Source of the DNA: Terriglobia bacterium
GTDB taxonomy: Bacteria > Acidobacteriota > Terriglobia > 20CM-2-55-15
Direction: 5' to 3'
Assembly (NCBI GenBank): GCA_965198225.1
Contig: CBDAOY010000008.1
Span: 128,001 to 192,000, forward strand
DNA length: 64,000 nt
Positions 30,696 to 41,429 of the stretch are shown here, piece after piece (within the stretch, counting starts at the first letter, position 1; every line of letters starts with the position of its first letter). A program made the position numbers and the translations under genes. Under the pieces are notes generated by a model. That model worked only from the letters and a program-made list of their open reading frames with translations, was not told where the DNA came from and did no database searches.

Positions 30696-33047
30696 TCAGC
30701 GCATGGATTCAGCCGAGAGCCGGACCGAGCAGTAGTGCGTGCCTGGCAGCACGCGTTTCCGGCGGGTTAAAGTCCCGCTCGGCCCGAGGCCACGGGTCGA
30801 TATCCAACAAGTGGGGGTAATGCCTCACTGGCCGAAGTGTAGACAGGTAGTGCAGATGCCTAAACGGGCACGAAGGCGAAAGCCGGATACGGCCAAGGCA
30901 AAGCTGGAGCCAGCTACGGAAACTTTGGAGGGCAGGGCGCCCACCGCGAGGTGGGGTCTGAAGGGCATGAGGAGAACCACCGGGTCGTAATCGACGGGAG
31001 CCATCCCGAGGATGAACCGGTCGGCCAAAGATGGGGAATGGTCGAGCCCGCACTATTGGGGCGAAGGCGCATTGGTTCCACCCCATCGCACCAAGGTGTG
31101 TGCGGGCGACACGGTGGAGAAGAGACGCGAGTGACCCAGGGAGGCCTGGTATCGTCCGGGCGGAAGGTAAGGTCGAGATGATGTGGCACCCGCAGACGAA
31201 AGGGCGGGCAACCGAGAAGACAAACATCGACCTAGAGCCCTGCGCGGTAGGTGCGGATATAAGCGAGAGCGAAATTCCGGCCATCAGGAATCGGATCGGG
31301 GAATAGTGCGTGCCTGGCAGCACGCGTTTCCGGCGGGTTAAAGTCCCGCTCGGCCCGAGGCCACGGGTCGATATCCAACAAGTGGGGGTAATGCCTTGGC
31401 CGAAGTGTAGACAGGTAGTGCAGATGCCTAAACGGGCACGAAGGCGAAAGCCGGATACGAGGCAAAGCTGGAGCCAGCTACGGAAACTTTGGAGGGCAGG
31501 GCGCCCACCCGAGTCTGAAGGGCATGAGGAGAACCACCGGGTCGTAATCGACGGGAGCCATCCCGAGGATGACCGGTCGGCCGTCGAGCCCGCTATTGGG
31601 GCGCGCATTGGATCGCACCAAGGTGTGTGCGGGCGACGGTGGAGAAGAGACGCGAGTGACCCGGCCTGGTATCGTCCGGGCGGAAGGTAAGGTCGAGATG
31701 ATGGCACCCGCAGACGAAAGGGCGGGCAACCGGATCGACCTAGAGCCCTGCGCGGTAGGTGCGGATATAAGCGAGAGGAAATTCCGGCCGACGCGGTGTC
31801 AGGAATCGGATCGGGGAATAGTACTCAGGAACGAGACGGCAAACATCCAAAAGGCCCGTTGGAGGGGGAAGTCCCCGTACTCGTGAATGTGCGAGCGATG
31901 GGAAACGCGGAGATATCGTGGAACTTGGATAGTTCCCTTCGCGGTACGAACGAAGCCGAGCCACACAGCGGCAACTGAGGAAAGCGCTTGCGGGAAAACC
32001 GCACGAGCCGTTTGATTGAGCGGACGGTGGAAGGGCCGCGGGACCACTTTCGACTCTACACTCAGGAACGAGACGGCAAACATAAGGTCTCGGATCGTGC
32101 TTCGAGCAGCGGCGCTGGCGGGTCCAAAAGGCCCGTTGGAGGGGGAAGTCCCCGTACTCAGTCGTGAATGTGCGAGCGATGGGAAACGCGGAGATATCGT
32201 GGAATTGGATAGTTCCCTTAGCGAAAGACCCAAACGCGGTACGAACGAAGCCGCCACCTGCCGCCACACAGCGAATTCCGAACGAGGAGCAACTGAGGAA
32301 AGCGGCTTGCGGGAAAACCGCACGAGCCGTTTGATTGAGCGGACGGTGGAAGGGCCGATCGGCCCGACCACTTTCGACTCTACAGGCGAGCCCGATGACC
32401 GAGATGAGCCCGGCGAGGAGCGTCAGGCTATAGGCACCTGCCAGCCCGATGACGCCAAGCGACAGCATTCCGGCGATCAGGAACGATGGGGCGGAGTAGA
32501 GGAAGTGACTGGACCAGATCTCAATCATCGACAGTCCTTCGGTCAACGCGACGATCAGTGACACGGAGATCGAGTTACAAAGGAAATACACGAACGACGC
32601 GAACACGGTGGCCGTCATCTGGGCCGACATCGTTGCCAGCGGGAGCGCACCGGAGAGCAGGTGGTACGTCCACCACGTCAGTAGCACGGTCATTGCGATC
32701 ATCCCCGTATTGAAAACCCACTGGTGCAGGACGAGTCGTTTCGATGGCAGAAACGTTTGAACCGTGACTCCGAAAACCGCCACGAGTACGGCAACTGCCG
32801 GACCCTCGCTGATGACTGCAAGAAGGACCACTGCGGTCAGGAAGGAAATTGAACTGTTCCGGAAGAGGTTCACTTTCGACCGGGCGCCGAGGACGGCGAC
32901 CGTCAGCAGCAAGAGCACCCGGATCGGCGTGATGGTCGGTTGGAGCGCCAGCGAGAAGAGCCCCGCTGCAATTCCGACGGCGCCGAACAGGCCAATCGTC
33001 CACTTGGCCGCCAGCGAAAGCTCTTGAAATCGGGTTTGGGAGTACAC
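30696..33047 (-). CDS. Multi-TM membrane sensor-like protein (MASE9-like), interrupted near its 3' end by an antisense group II twintron
   Basis: Joining 33047-32384 to 30736-30696 gives 234 aa ending ...VIGLAYYCSVRLSAESMR*. The tail of ORF-track ORF 31740..33047 is antisense intron sequence. Confidence 0.7.
30737..32383 (+). mobile_element. ORF-less group II intron, outer copy (895 nt without the inner copy)
   Basis: 5' end GCGTG; EBS1 ACTATT (31052-31057); DIII-like CGGGGAATAGT|AC...GAAGTCCCCG; D5 AAGCGGCTTGCGGGAAAACCGCACGAGCCGTTT; D6 ending TTTCGACTCTAC. About 140 nt of DIV with no RT ORF. Confidence 0.9.
31308..32059 (+). mobile_element. ORF-less group II intron, inner nested copy (752 nt)
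   Basis: A second GCGTGCCTGGCAGCACG start and a second D5/D6 ending CGACTCTAC; colinear with the outer copy but with many short deletions. Confidence 0.88.
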
Positions 33048-33350
33048 TTACGGTCCTTCCGTTCAAACTTAGTTGAGACCCGGCAACGGCGAAAATACAC
33101 CTGATGGGGCGGCAACGCCGGTGACGCCCGCCAGACGATTCCCTCCGCTTCAGAGTATCTATCGACAGGAATCAGTGATTACTTTAGGGTTTTTGGGCGG
33201 GTAACTGCATTTTTTGGAAGGAATTGCGGTGGAAAGTGGACTGGCGTGGTTCGCGGACATTTTTCCCGATAGCAGAAACTATTCGCGAAGTTTTTGCACT
33301 ATGGTTGAAATCGCCCGCGCTTTCGATCAGCGCCGACCAGGCGGCCCCCT

Positions 33351-36201
33351 CTACTGCGGCATCAGCGTCACCCGGACATAGTTCTCAATGTCGAAGTGTT
33401 TGCGGGCTGTCTCCCGGATCGATGCCGGGGTGAGGGCTTCGACCGACGCCGGGTAGGAGCGAATGCTGGCGCCGGGCGCTTCGCCCCGTTGATAGTCGAA
33501 GACGAGCTGGCTCAACAGGGTCCGGTTCTCCTGAAAGTCGGTTTCGAAGGATCGAAGCAGCGCTTCGCGTGTATCGGAAACCTCCTGTTCCGTGGGCCCT
33601 GAAGCCTTTAGCGCTTCAATTCCATCGAAGACGGTTCCCACGAGCTCCTCCGTTCGTTCGGGGTCGGACCCGAAGGTGATGATCAGTCGGTAGGTCTCCT
33701 CGGGGCGCCAGGAGTAACTGGCTCCCACACTGATGCTGTAGGTGCCGCCCAACTCCTCCCGGACCCGGTCGCGGAGTTGCGATTGCAGTGTCATCGCCAT
33801 CGCGCGGAGGCCAGTTCTCGCTGCCTGGTTCTGGTAATCGAAGGAGCCGGTAAACGCGATTCGCGTCTGACTGCGGGGCTCGATTCCCCTCGACACCGTC
33901 TCCTCGACGACGCCCCTGGGGGCCCGGACACCGATGTCCCGCCACGTTTCTTCTCTGTCGGTTGTCGGCAGACCGCCCAGGTAGCGCTCGACATAAGGCC
34001 GCATCGCGTCCTGATCGAGGCTGCCGACGAAGATGAACGTAAAGTCATCCGCATCGGCAAAACGGTCCCGGTAGAAGGCGAGGGACTCTTGGAGGTCGGC
34101 CTCGTCCAGCGTTTCGACTGTAGGGGTCCGCTCACGTGGATGGTCCTGTGTCATGATGCGGTTGTAGGCGTCACTGAATGCGGCCGCCGGATTCCGGTCT
34201 CGATTTGCGATGGCTTGCCGGTTCTGTGTCTTCCACACCTCGTAGAGCGTGTCGTCGGCCCGCGGGGCGGTAAACCTCAGGTAGATCAACTGGAACAGAG
34301 TCTCCAGATCCGCGGGCGAGCCGTTGCCGCTCACACCTTCCTCGAATGTCGAGATGAACGGTCGAACGTTGGCAACCTTGCCCGCAAGCAGCTTGTCGAG
34401 GTCGATCCCGTTCAGCTGTCCGACACCGCCAGCCGGAATCAGCGAAGAGGCGGTACTTCCAGGAATGTAATCTTCATCGCTGGCGAGCGACGTGCCTCCG
34501 GGACTGAAACCTCGGAACACGATGCGGTCTTCGTCGAAGTCGGTCGGCTTCAGCACTACGCGGACACCGTTCGCCAGGGTCCACTCGGTAATGTCCCCTT
34601 CGAGTGTTTCGGTACTGACGATTTCGGAGCCCTCGGGCATTTCGGCAAGGAGCGGCTGATCGGAAACCGTGTCCACGTATGCCGTTATCTCGGTGTCACC
34701 TGTGTCCAGGACCGCCAGCAGGGCCTCTTCGGAGGGCATCGCCAGTTCTTCCTTTTCCGGGCCGGCGACAAGAACGACCCGGTTGGAATCCTGGATCCAG
34801 TCCCGACCCACCCGGTTCACCTCGTCGATCGTGATCTGGGGGACGAAGCGCTTGTAGAGTTCGAATTCGTATGCGATGCCGGGAATCGACTCGCCGTCGA
34901 GGAAAGCACGGATGTACTCCGAGGCGTACGATCGCGACTCGCGGTTCGCCCGGTTGATGTAGGAACGCTCTATGCGACGAAGGACGCTCGTCCTCTGGCG
35001 CTCCAGCTCCGACGGGGTGAAGCCGAAGCGAGCGACGCGCTCGGCCTCGGTGGACAGGGCACCGAGTCCCCGCTCGGCTCCGTCCTCGAGCACCCCGGCC
35101 GTCAGCGCATAGACACCCTTCGAACGGATGAGCTGACCCTGGGCCGACGATGCTCTCAGGAACGGCGGGTCGGGCTGCCTGGCGAGCTCCGCAAAGCGAT
35201 CGTTGAGCATACCGTTGTAGAGGCTCTCGACAATCCGCTGCCGGTACCCGGCGATCGTCCAATCGTCCTCGACGTCCATTTTGTGGTAGACGGACACCGT
35301 GGTGGAGGAAATCTCCGGATCAGTCACGATTGAAAAGAGAGTTTCGTCGTGGTCCGGAACGGGATAAACGCTGCGCTCGCGGGGGTTTGAGGGGATCGGC
35401 AGACCCTCGAAGTGCTGCCGGGTGAGAGCCTCGACGCTTGACGCGTCGAAATCGCCGACCGCGATGACCGCCATGAGGTCGGGCCGATACCAGTCGCGGT
35501 AGAAACGCCGAACTGCATCGTGGTCGAAACTCCGCAGGCTCTCCAGCGTGCCGATCGGGAGGCGCTCGGCGTAGTGCGAGTCACTGAAGATGACTGGAAA
35601 CTGCTGGTCGCGCAGCCTTGCCGCGGCGCCCTGACCGAGTCTCCATTCCTTGATGACCACGCCGCGTTCCTGGTCGATCTCCTCCGGATCGAGCGTCAGC
35701 CCGTGAGCCCAGTCCTCCATGATCTGGAACGCTGTGGCCATGTTTTCGGCATTGTCGGTCGGGACTTCGAGCATATAGGTGGTTTCGTCGTAGGAGGTGG
35801 TCGCGTTGACGCCCGGACCGAGGCGCATTCCGATAGATTCCATGAAGTCGACGAGCGCCCCTTTCTCGAAGTGCTCGGTGCCGTTGAAGGCCATGTGCTC
35901 GAGGACGTGGGCCAAGCCGAGCTGGTCGTCGTCTTCGACGATCGACCCGACCCGGACGACGAATCGCAACTCCGCACGGTTTTCGGGCTCCTGGTTCTCG
36001 CGGATGAAGTAACGGAAGCCGTTGGCGAACTCACCAACCGTCACAGCCGGTTCCACCGGCATTTCCTGATCGAGCCCTGCTGTCGCCGCATCTTCAGGAT
36101 CTGCCGGCGACGGCACCTGCTGCGCGCTGAGCCCGGTCGGTGCCGACGCAGCCAGCAAGGCCGTCACAAGTACGAAAACAAGGGTCAGTACGGTCTCTCA
36201 T
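33351..36201 (-). CDS. M16 zinc protease (PqqL-like), apparent frameshift in the first codons
   Basis: AHVLEHMAFNGT, NATTSYDET and RLPIG motifs. An AAGGAG RBS and ATG at 36201 are out of frame with the signal peptide TVLTLVFVLVTALLAA; the GA repeat ATGAGAGACC is the likely slip site. Confidence 0.88.
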
Positions 36202-36261
36202 CGAAGACTCCTTTTGCGGATTCGCCAGCGTCCGATTCGCGACGGTCGTCCCCAAATCATA

Positions 36262-36538
36262 CTAGTGACCTGTATCAAGTGCTATCGGTACCAGCGTTCG
36301 GCCGAACGGCGTCGGATTCTAGGAGTGACGCTCGAGCCAATGCTGTTTCATTGCGAGGGCGTTACGACACGGAAGACGGCGCCGTTCCGCCGAACCCTTC
36401 GGGCCGATGGGGGTTGCGGGCGATCTCTTTGTCGGAAGCCGTCACCGATGAAAGAGCATCGCTTTCCGTCTCCCTCCTCGACCTCGCCCGCAAGACCCAT
36501 CGGCGATGGTGCCGATAGCACTTGTTACAGGCCACTAA
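36262..36538 (-). mobile_element. Structured MITE-like element, copy 2 (277 bp, inverted)
   Basis: Ends CTAGTGACCTGTATCAAGTGCTATCGGTACCA and TGGTGCCGATAGCACTTGTTACAGGCCACTAA; the interior is a reverse-complement homolog of copy 1. Confidence 0.85.
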
Positions 36539-36626
36539 ATCCGTTGTTGGCGATCAGAGCAGCTTCGGCATTTAGACGATGGCATGCGATACTGGTAGCG
36601 CCCCGCGAACTGTTTTCTTCAAACAC

Positions 36627-38480
36627 ATGCCGGAAGGTTTCTCGAAATCATCGGCCGCTGCCAAGACGCAGATCGAAAGTCCCGCACAGATACTGTCGCG
36701 AGTGTTTGGTCACGCTGCCTTTCACGGACTGCAGGAAGAGATCGTCAAGCACGTCAACGCGTCGGGTGACGCCCTGGTTCTCATGCCTACCGGCGGCGGC
36801 AAGTCTATCTGCTACCAGGTGCCGGCGCTCTGTCGGTCGGGTATGGGTGTGGTGATCTCGCCCCTGATCGCGTTGATGGAAGATCAAGTCGCGCAGCTGA
36901 AGCAGGCCGGCGTCCGCGCCGTCGCATTTACATCGAATCTCAGTCGTGACGAAGCGCGCCGGGCGCGGCGCGCCATCGAGGGAGGCGAGCTCGACCTGCT
37001 CTATGTGTCGCCGGAGCGATTGCTCGGCGAGGGCCTCCTCGACCAACTCGATAGGATGGAAATTGCACTCTTCGCCATCGACGAGGCCCATTGCGTCAGC
37101 CAGTGGGGTCACGACTTCCGCCCGGATTACCGCCAACTTGCCCAGCTGGCCGACCGGTTTCCTGCGGTTCCGCGCGTTGCCCTGACCGCAACGGCGGACG
37201 AGATCACGCGAACCGACATCATCGGTCAGCTCCGTCTCGATCAGGCGCGGCTGTTCGTGGCCAGCTTCGACCGGCCCAACATCCGCTATCGCGTGCGGGT
37301 AAAGGACAACCCGAAGCGCCAGATTCTGGACTTTATCAAGCGTGAGCATCGCGGCGAAGCCGGCATCGTTTACGCGATGAGCCGAAAGCGCGTCGAGGAG
37401 ATGGCCGGCTTCCTGGAAAAGGAAGGAATCCCGGCGCTGCATTACCATGCCGGGCTGGATGCCCAAACCCGGGTGCGGCACCACCAGAGGTTCGTGATGG
37501 AAGACGGTCTCGTGATGGTTGCGACGATCGCGTTCGGCATGGGGATCGACAAGCCGGACGTCCGCTTCGTGGCCCACATGGACATGCCGAAGTCCTTCGA
37601 GGCCTACTACCAGGAGACGGGTCGCGCCGGCCGAGATGGCCTTCCGGCCGACGCTTTCATGGTCTATGGCCTCCAGGATGTGGCCCTGCTCCGCCGGCTC
37701 ATGGATGAATCGACGGCGCCGGAGGAGGTGCGGCGCGTCGAGAGCAAGAAGCTGGAGGCGCTCCTGGGTTACTGCGAGACCGCCCGGTGCCGGCGCCAGG
37801 TCATGCTGGAGTACTTTGGCGAGGACATCGAGGCCTGCGCCAACTGCGACACCTGCCTGGAGCCCGTTGAGGTCGTAGACGGCACTAGAGAGGCACGACT
37901 TGCGCTGTCGGCAATCCATCGCTGCGGTGAGTCCTTCGGAACCCGGCACATCATCGACGTACTCAGCGGCAAGGCGACCGAGAAGGCGCAGCGCCGCCGC
38001 CACGACCGGCTCAAGGTGTTCGGCCTGGGCAGTGATCTGAGCGAGCGCCAGTGGCAGGGCGTTCTGCGGCAGCTTGTCGCGCTGGGTCTGATCCGGGTCG
38101 ATCTGGGAAATCACAGTGTCCTGCGGCTGGGCCCTACCGAACGCGTGCTGCCGGTTTTGCGGGAAGAAGCGCCGGTGACGCTGCGCCGGGAGCCGGAAGG
38201 GCGGGTCCGCACGAGACGAGCCGACCGGCAGGCCGGCTCCTCGACGGACTTCACCGGCGAAGACCAGCTCCTGTTTGAGGCGCTTCGTACCAAGCGTCGA
38301 GAAATCGCCAGTGGACAGGGGGTTCCCGCATACGTGGTGTTCAATGACGCTACCCTGGTTGAATTCGTGCGGTACCGCCCCCGCAACGAGACGGAGTTTG
38401 CCGAAATCACCGGAGTGGGCGAGGCGAAGCTCGCGCGCTACGGCGCCACTTTCCTCGAAGTCATCTCGAGGGCAGGTTGA
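36627..38480 (+). CDS. recQ: ATP-dependent DNA helicase RecQ
   Basis: [44 protein letters not shown], Zn-binding CRR..C.NCD.C, RQC and HRDC domains. Confidence 0.96.
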   Translation: MPEGFSKSSAAAKTQIESPAQILSRVFGHAAFHGLQEEIVKHVNASGDALVLMPTGGGKSICYQVPALCRSGMGVVISPLIALMEDQVAQLKQAGVRAVAFTSNLSRDEARRARRAIEGGELDLLYVSPERLLGEGLLDQLDRMEIALFAIDEAHCVSQWGHDFRPDYRQLAQLADRFPAVPRVALTATADEITRTDIIGQLRLDQARLFVASFDRPNIRYRVRVKDNPKRQILDFIKREHRGEAGIVYAMSRKRVEEMAGFLEKEGIPALHYHAGLDAQTRVRHHQRFVMEDGLVMVATIAFGMGIDKPDVRFVAHMDMPKSFEAYYQETGRAGRDGLPADAFMVYGLQDVALLRRLMDESTAPEEVRRVESKKLEALLGYCETARCRRQVMLEYFGEDIEACANCDTCLEPVEVVDGTREARLALSAIHRCGESFGTRHIIDVLSGKATEKAQRRRHDRLKVFGLGSDLSERQWQGVLRQLVALGLIRVDLGNHSVLRLGPTERVLPVLREEAPVTLRREPEGRVRTRRADRQAGSSTDFTGEDQLLFEALRTKRREIASGQGVPAYVVFNDATLVEFVRYRPRNETEFAEITGVGEAKLARYGATFLEVISRAG

Positions 38481-38539
38481 GCGGTTCGCAATCCGAGGCG
38501 CAAATGCGTGGCCTGCCGTGTGTCGGCGATGGTAGCTTC

Positions 38540-38968
38540 ATGGCAATGAGGCGCCTACACGCCATCGTGTTCGCTCTGGTCGCCCCAACTGCAGCCCTGG
38601 CGCAAACCCCTGACGTTGGTCGGCTTGCCATCGGAGGAGTCCGACCGGCCGAGGTCGTGCAGCGGGTTGCACCCCGGTACTCCGACACTGCCAGGTCTCT
38701 AGAGATCGAAGGCGTCGTCTGGATTCAAGCCAGGATCCGAATCGACGGCAGCGGCGATGAGTTTCGCGTCGTCGATGGGCTCGGTTACGGTCTGGATACC
38801 AATGCGTTGATTGCGATCCAACGGTGGAGGTTTCGTCCCGGGACGAAGGATGGCGTGCCGGCGGAGATGATTCAGAACACTTCTTTATCAGGCCCGCCCC
38901 GGGAACGGAGGACGCGCCGTTCGAACGAGGCGGGCCTGCCACGAAGAAGACACAGCTCCTTCAGTTAA
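38540..38968 (+). CDS. TonB C-terminal domain protein (3' end possibly degenerate)
   Basis: Signal peptide, PRYSDTARSLEIEGVV, GLGYGLD and WRFRPGTKDGVP. Confidence 0.7.
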   Translation: MAMRRLHAIVFALVAPTAALAQTPDVGRLAIGGVRPAEVVQRVAPRYSDTARSLEIEGVVWIQARIRIDGSGDEFRVVDGLGYGLDTNALIAIQRWRFRPGTKDGVPAEMIQNTSLSGPPRERRTRRSNEAGLPRRRHSSFS

Positions 38969-39009
38969 GAAGACGTAAGAGAATGGCGAAACCGTGCATC
39001 ACCGCTAGC

Positions 39010-39160
39010 ATGTCGTCCGGAAGTGATCGTTTTTCTCGATGACAATCGACTCAATGTAGATGCCGCCCGGGCTGTCGGGATGCAGGCGCACCTCGCAAAC
39101 GGGCCGCAAGCTGCCAGAGCAGTGCTGGATGAACGTGGCCTGATGAGTGGCGAAGTGTAG
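39010..39160 (+). pseudogene. HAD-superfamily hydrolase C-terminal remnant
   Basis: PEVIVFLDDNRLNVDAARAVGMQA (HAD motif IV); no start codon; the stop TAG falls within the REP. Confidence 0.6.
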
Positions 39161-39316
39161 GTGCGGTCTATGACCGCACAACTCGTGGTTCCGCGGGCAT
39201 TTGTGCGCTCATAGAGCGCACCTACACTTGAGGATCGGGGTTTCTCGTGAGAAGCCCCGCCACCCGATTCTCCAGCAAAGGACATTCGTTCACAGCTTCA
39301 TAGACCGCACCTACAC
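39155..39316. repeat. REP doublet plus half copy
   Basis: Doublet at 39155-39227 and a partial at 39298-39316. Confidence 0.85.
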
Positions 39317-39364
39317 CCGATCTTGGAGTTTCGTGTCCGGCGCTAGCGCTATGACAAACCCAGG

Positions 39365-40204
39365 CTAGTTCGCCGTCAACATGTTGTGCATTCCTTCGAT
39401 GTTCAGGGTGCGCCAGGCGTCAAACGATGCCCAGCCACGGTAGTCTCCAAGCGTGATGCTCTCCTGGAGCTGGGCCAGCGATCTTCCCGCCCCGACGCCC
39501 TCGGCGACGGCGTCTCTCAGCTCCTCGACATAGTGCCGGTGGTCCACTACATCGGCCGTGGTACCCACCTGGCCGTGGCCGGGTATGACGATGTCGGCTC
39601 CGAGCGCTTCCACGGTCCTCATTTCGCTCAGCCAGACCTCCAGGTCATAGCCCGCCAGGTTCCGGAAGGGAAGTCGTTTGATGCTGATGAAGTCGACGAC
39701 GAAGACTGCGTTCTCGTCCAGGAAGTGGATTACCGACATGTTGGCGGAATGGGCCGGGCCGGGATAGAACATCTCGACGTCCTTGCCGCCCAGTGTCACA
39801 AGATGCCGGTCGGAGTAGAACGTCGTTGGCGGATGGACGCCGTCTGGCACGCCCCCGCGCATGTTTTCATGCCCGACGAACTCCGCAGTGTCCGCAAACA
39901 CCTCCCCGCCGGAGGCGTGATCGGCGTCGCTGTGGCTGTAGAGCACGTAGCGAACCGGCAGTCCGAACCGATCGTCCAGTTCGGACTTGAGCCAGGTGGC
40001 AAAGTCGCGGTCGATCGTGTCTGAGAGGATGATGCCCTCCGCCGTCACGAGAAACGTGGTGAAGTGGTTGTTGTTCTGCGCCCGGTACAGGTTTCCCGTG
40101 ACGCTGACGATGCTGCGGCGTGGCTGCTGCTGGGCCCTTGCGCTCGCGGCCAACCCAAGCAGCGCGATTACGCCAACTGTAAAGATCAAACCTCTTTGCT
40201 TCAT
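39365..40204 (-). CDS. Exported MBL-fold metallo-hydrolase
   Basis: Signal peptide MKQRGLIF..., YSHSDADHASG, PAHS, VDF and IPGHG. Confidence 0.85.
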   Translation of the reverse strand: MKQRGLIFTVGVIALLGLAASARAQQQPRRSIVSVTGNLYRAQNNNHFTTFLVTAEGIILSDTIDRDFATWLKSELDDRFGLPVRYVLYSHSDADHASGGEVFADTAEFVGHENMRGGVPDGVHPPTTFYSDRHLVTLGGKDVEMFYPGPAHSANMSVIHFLDENAVFVVDFISIKRLPFRNLAGYDLEVWLSEMRTVEALGADIVIPGHGQVGTTADVVDHRHYVEELRDAVAEGVGAGRSLAQLQESITLGDYRGWASFDAWRTLNIEGMHNMLTAN

Positions 40205-40404
40205 CGTTGTGTTCTCCCTCGCGAAAAGAAAATAAGTCCATTGATATCGGTCCAGGCAAGTGATGGTGCCGATTCCTGAACGTTGCGATCCGCCCGAGGA
40301 CATTATTCCTTGACTCTCGGTGGTTAACCGAAGAAATTGCTCACTGTTCGTGACTTTCGCCATTATAGTTCGCCCCTCGGGGCGCTCGAATTGAAGGAGG
40401 ATCG

Positions 40405-41382
40405 ATGAAGGTAAAGTCGTTAACCGCTTTTGTGGCCATACTCGTGTTCGCCGCCGCAACTCTTCTGGCAGGACCGCTCGCCGAGGAGCAGAGAGGCCGT
40501 GGAGGTCGGGGTGGTCGTGGCGGCCAGCAGCGAGAGCTGACTCCCGAGCAGCAGCAGGCGCGCGCGGAAGCCCAGGCTCGCAACGCGCGGGCGATGGATG
40601 CGCTGGACTCGGTCTGGCTCGAGGAACTGACCGTTGCAGAAGTCGGCGATTACATCAACGCCGGCATGACTACAGCGCTGATCCTGACTGGGGGTGTGGA
40701 GGCCAACGGTCCCCACCTGGCGCAGGGGAAGCACAACTATGTGCTGCGCCAAACCGGCGAGTCGGTAGCGCGGGAATTAGGCAATGCCCTCATCGCCCCG
40801 ATTGTGACGCTCGAGCCCAGCGGCCGGTTCAACGGCGAAGTGAACGTCGGCAGTGCCGGGCCGATGATCTCCCAGGAGACCTACCTGGCTCTGTTGACCG
40901 ATATGGGCGACAGCCTGCGTGCCATGGGGTTCGAGAATGTTCTTTACCTCGGCGACAGCGGCAGCAACAGGCGGGGGATGCAGGGCGCGGCCAATGCGCT
41001 GAATGCCAGGTACAAGGGCGAACCTGCAAACTTCTACCACATCCCCGAGTACTACGATTACCGCTCGGTCCAGCTCTACATCCGGGACACGCTGAAGATC
41101 GAGGAGATGATGGACATGGGGAGCAGCCGCGGCTGGGCCGACCAACTTCATGAGGACTACGGAATCGACGCACTGATGGCGCTGGAGGACCCGGAAACCA
41201 TCCGTTTCGAGCAACGTGTGAAGGCCGGCCGAGCCATCATCAACGGTGTTCCGCTGGCGCCGCTCGAAAAGCTGCTCGACCACGGGCGGCAGCTCCTGGA
41301 GCTCCGGACCCGGCTGACGGTCGAGGGCATCAAAAAGGCCCTTGCCGCCCCGCCGGTGCTTTACGGGCAGCAAAACCGGTAA
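40405..41382 (+). CDS. Creatininase-family amidohydrolase with signal peptide
   Basis: WLEELT..EV, GGVEANGPHL, LGDSGSN and HEDY; GGAGG RBS. Confidence 0.82.
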   Translation: MKVKSLTAFVAILVFAAATLLAGPLAEEQRGRGGRGGRGGQQRELTPEQQQARAEAQARNARAMDALDSVWLEELTVAEVGDYINAGMTTALILTGGVEANGPHLAQGKHNYVLRQTGESVARELGNALIAPIVTLEPSGRFNGEVNVGSAGPMISQETYLALLTDMGDSLRAMGFENVLYLGDSGSNRRGMQGAANALNARYKGEPANFYHIPEYYDYRSVQLYIRDTLKIEEMMDMGSSRGWADQLHEDYGIDALMALEDPETIRFEQRVKAGRAIINGVPLAPLEKLLDHGRQLLELRTRLTVEGIKKALAAPPVLYGQQNR

Positions 41383-41429
41383 GTCACAGCCGGAGGCGGC
41401 TGGGCCGTTTCCGATCGGGACCGCCTCCG

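Noticed and set aside
30735-30739. GTGCG as the intron 5' end
   Set aside because: EBS1 pairing, restoration of the DIII site and the host reading frame all favour a boundary 2 nt downstream (GCGTG).
30737-32383. Simple tandem duplication or DGR template/variable repeat pair
   Set aside because: The A-A'-B'-B order with exact intron boundaries indicates nesting. The differences are mainly deletions rather than adenine-specific substitutions, and no RT is present.
30709-32561. ORF-track ORFs across the duplicated region, including the tail of 31740..33047
   Set aside because: They are chance frames over intron RNA and have no RT motifs such as YADD.
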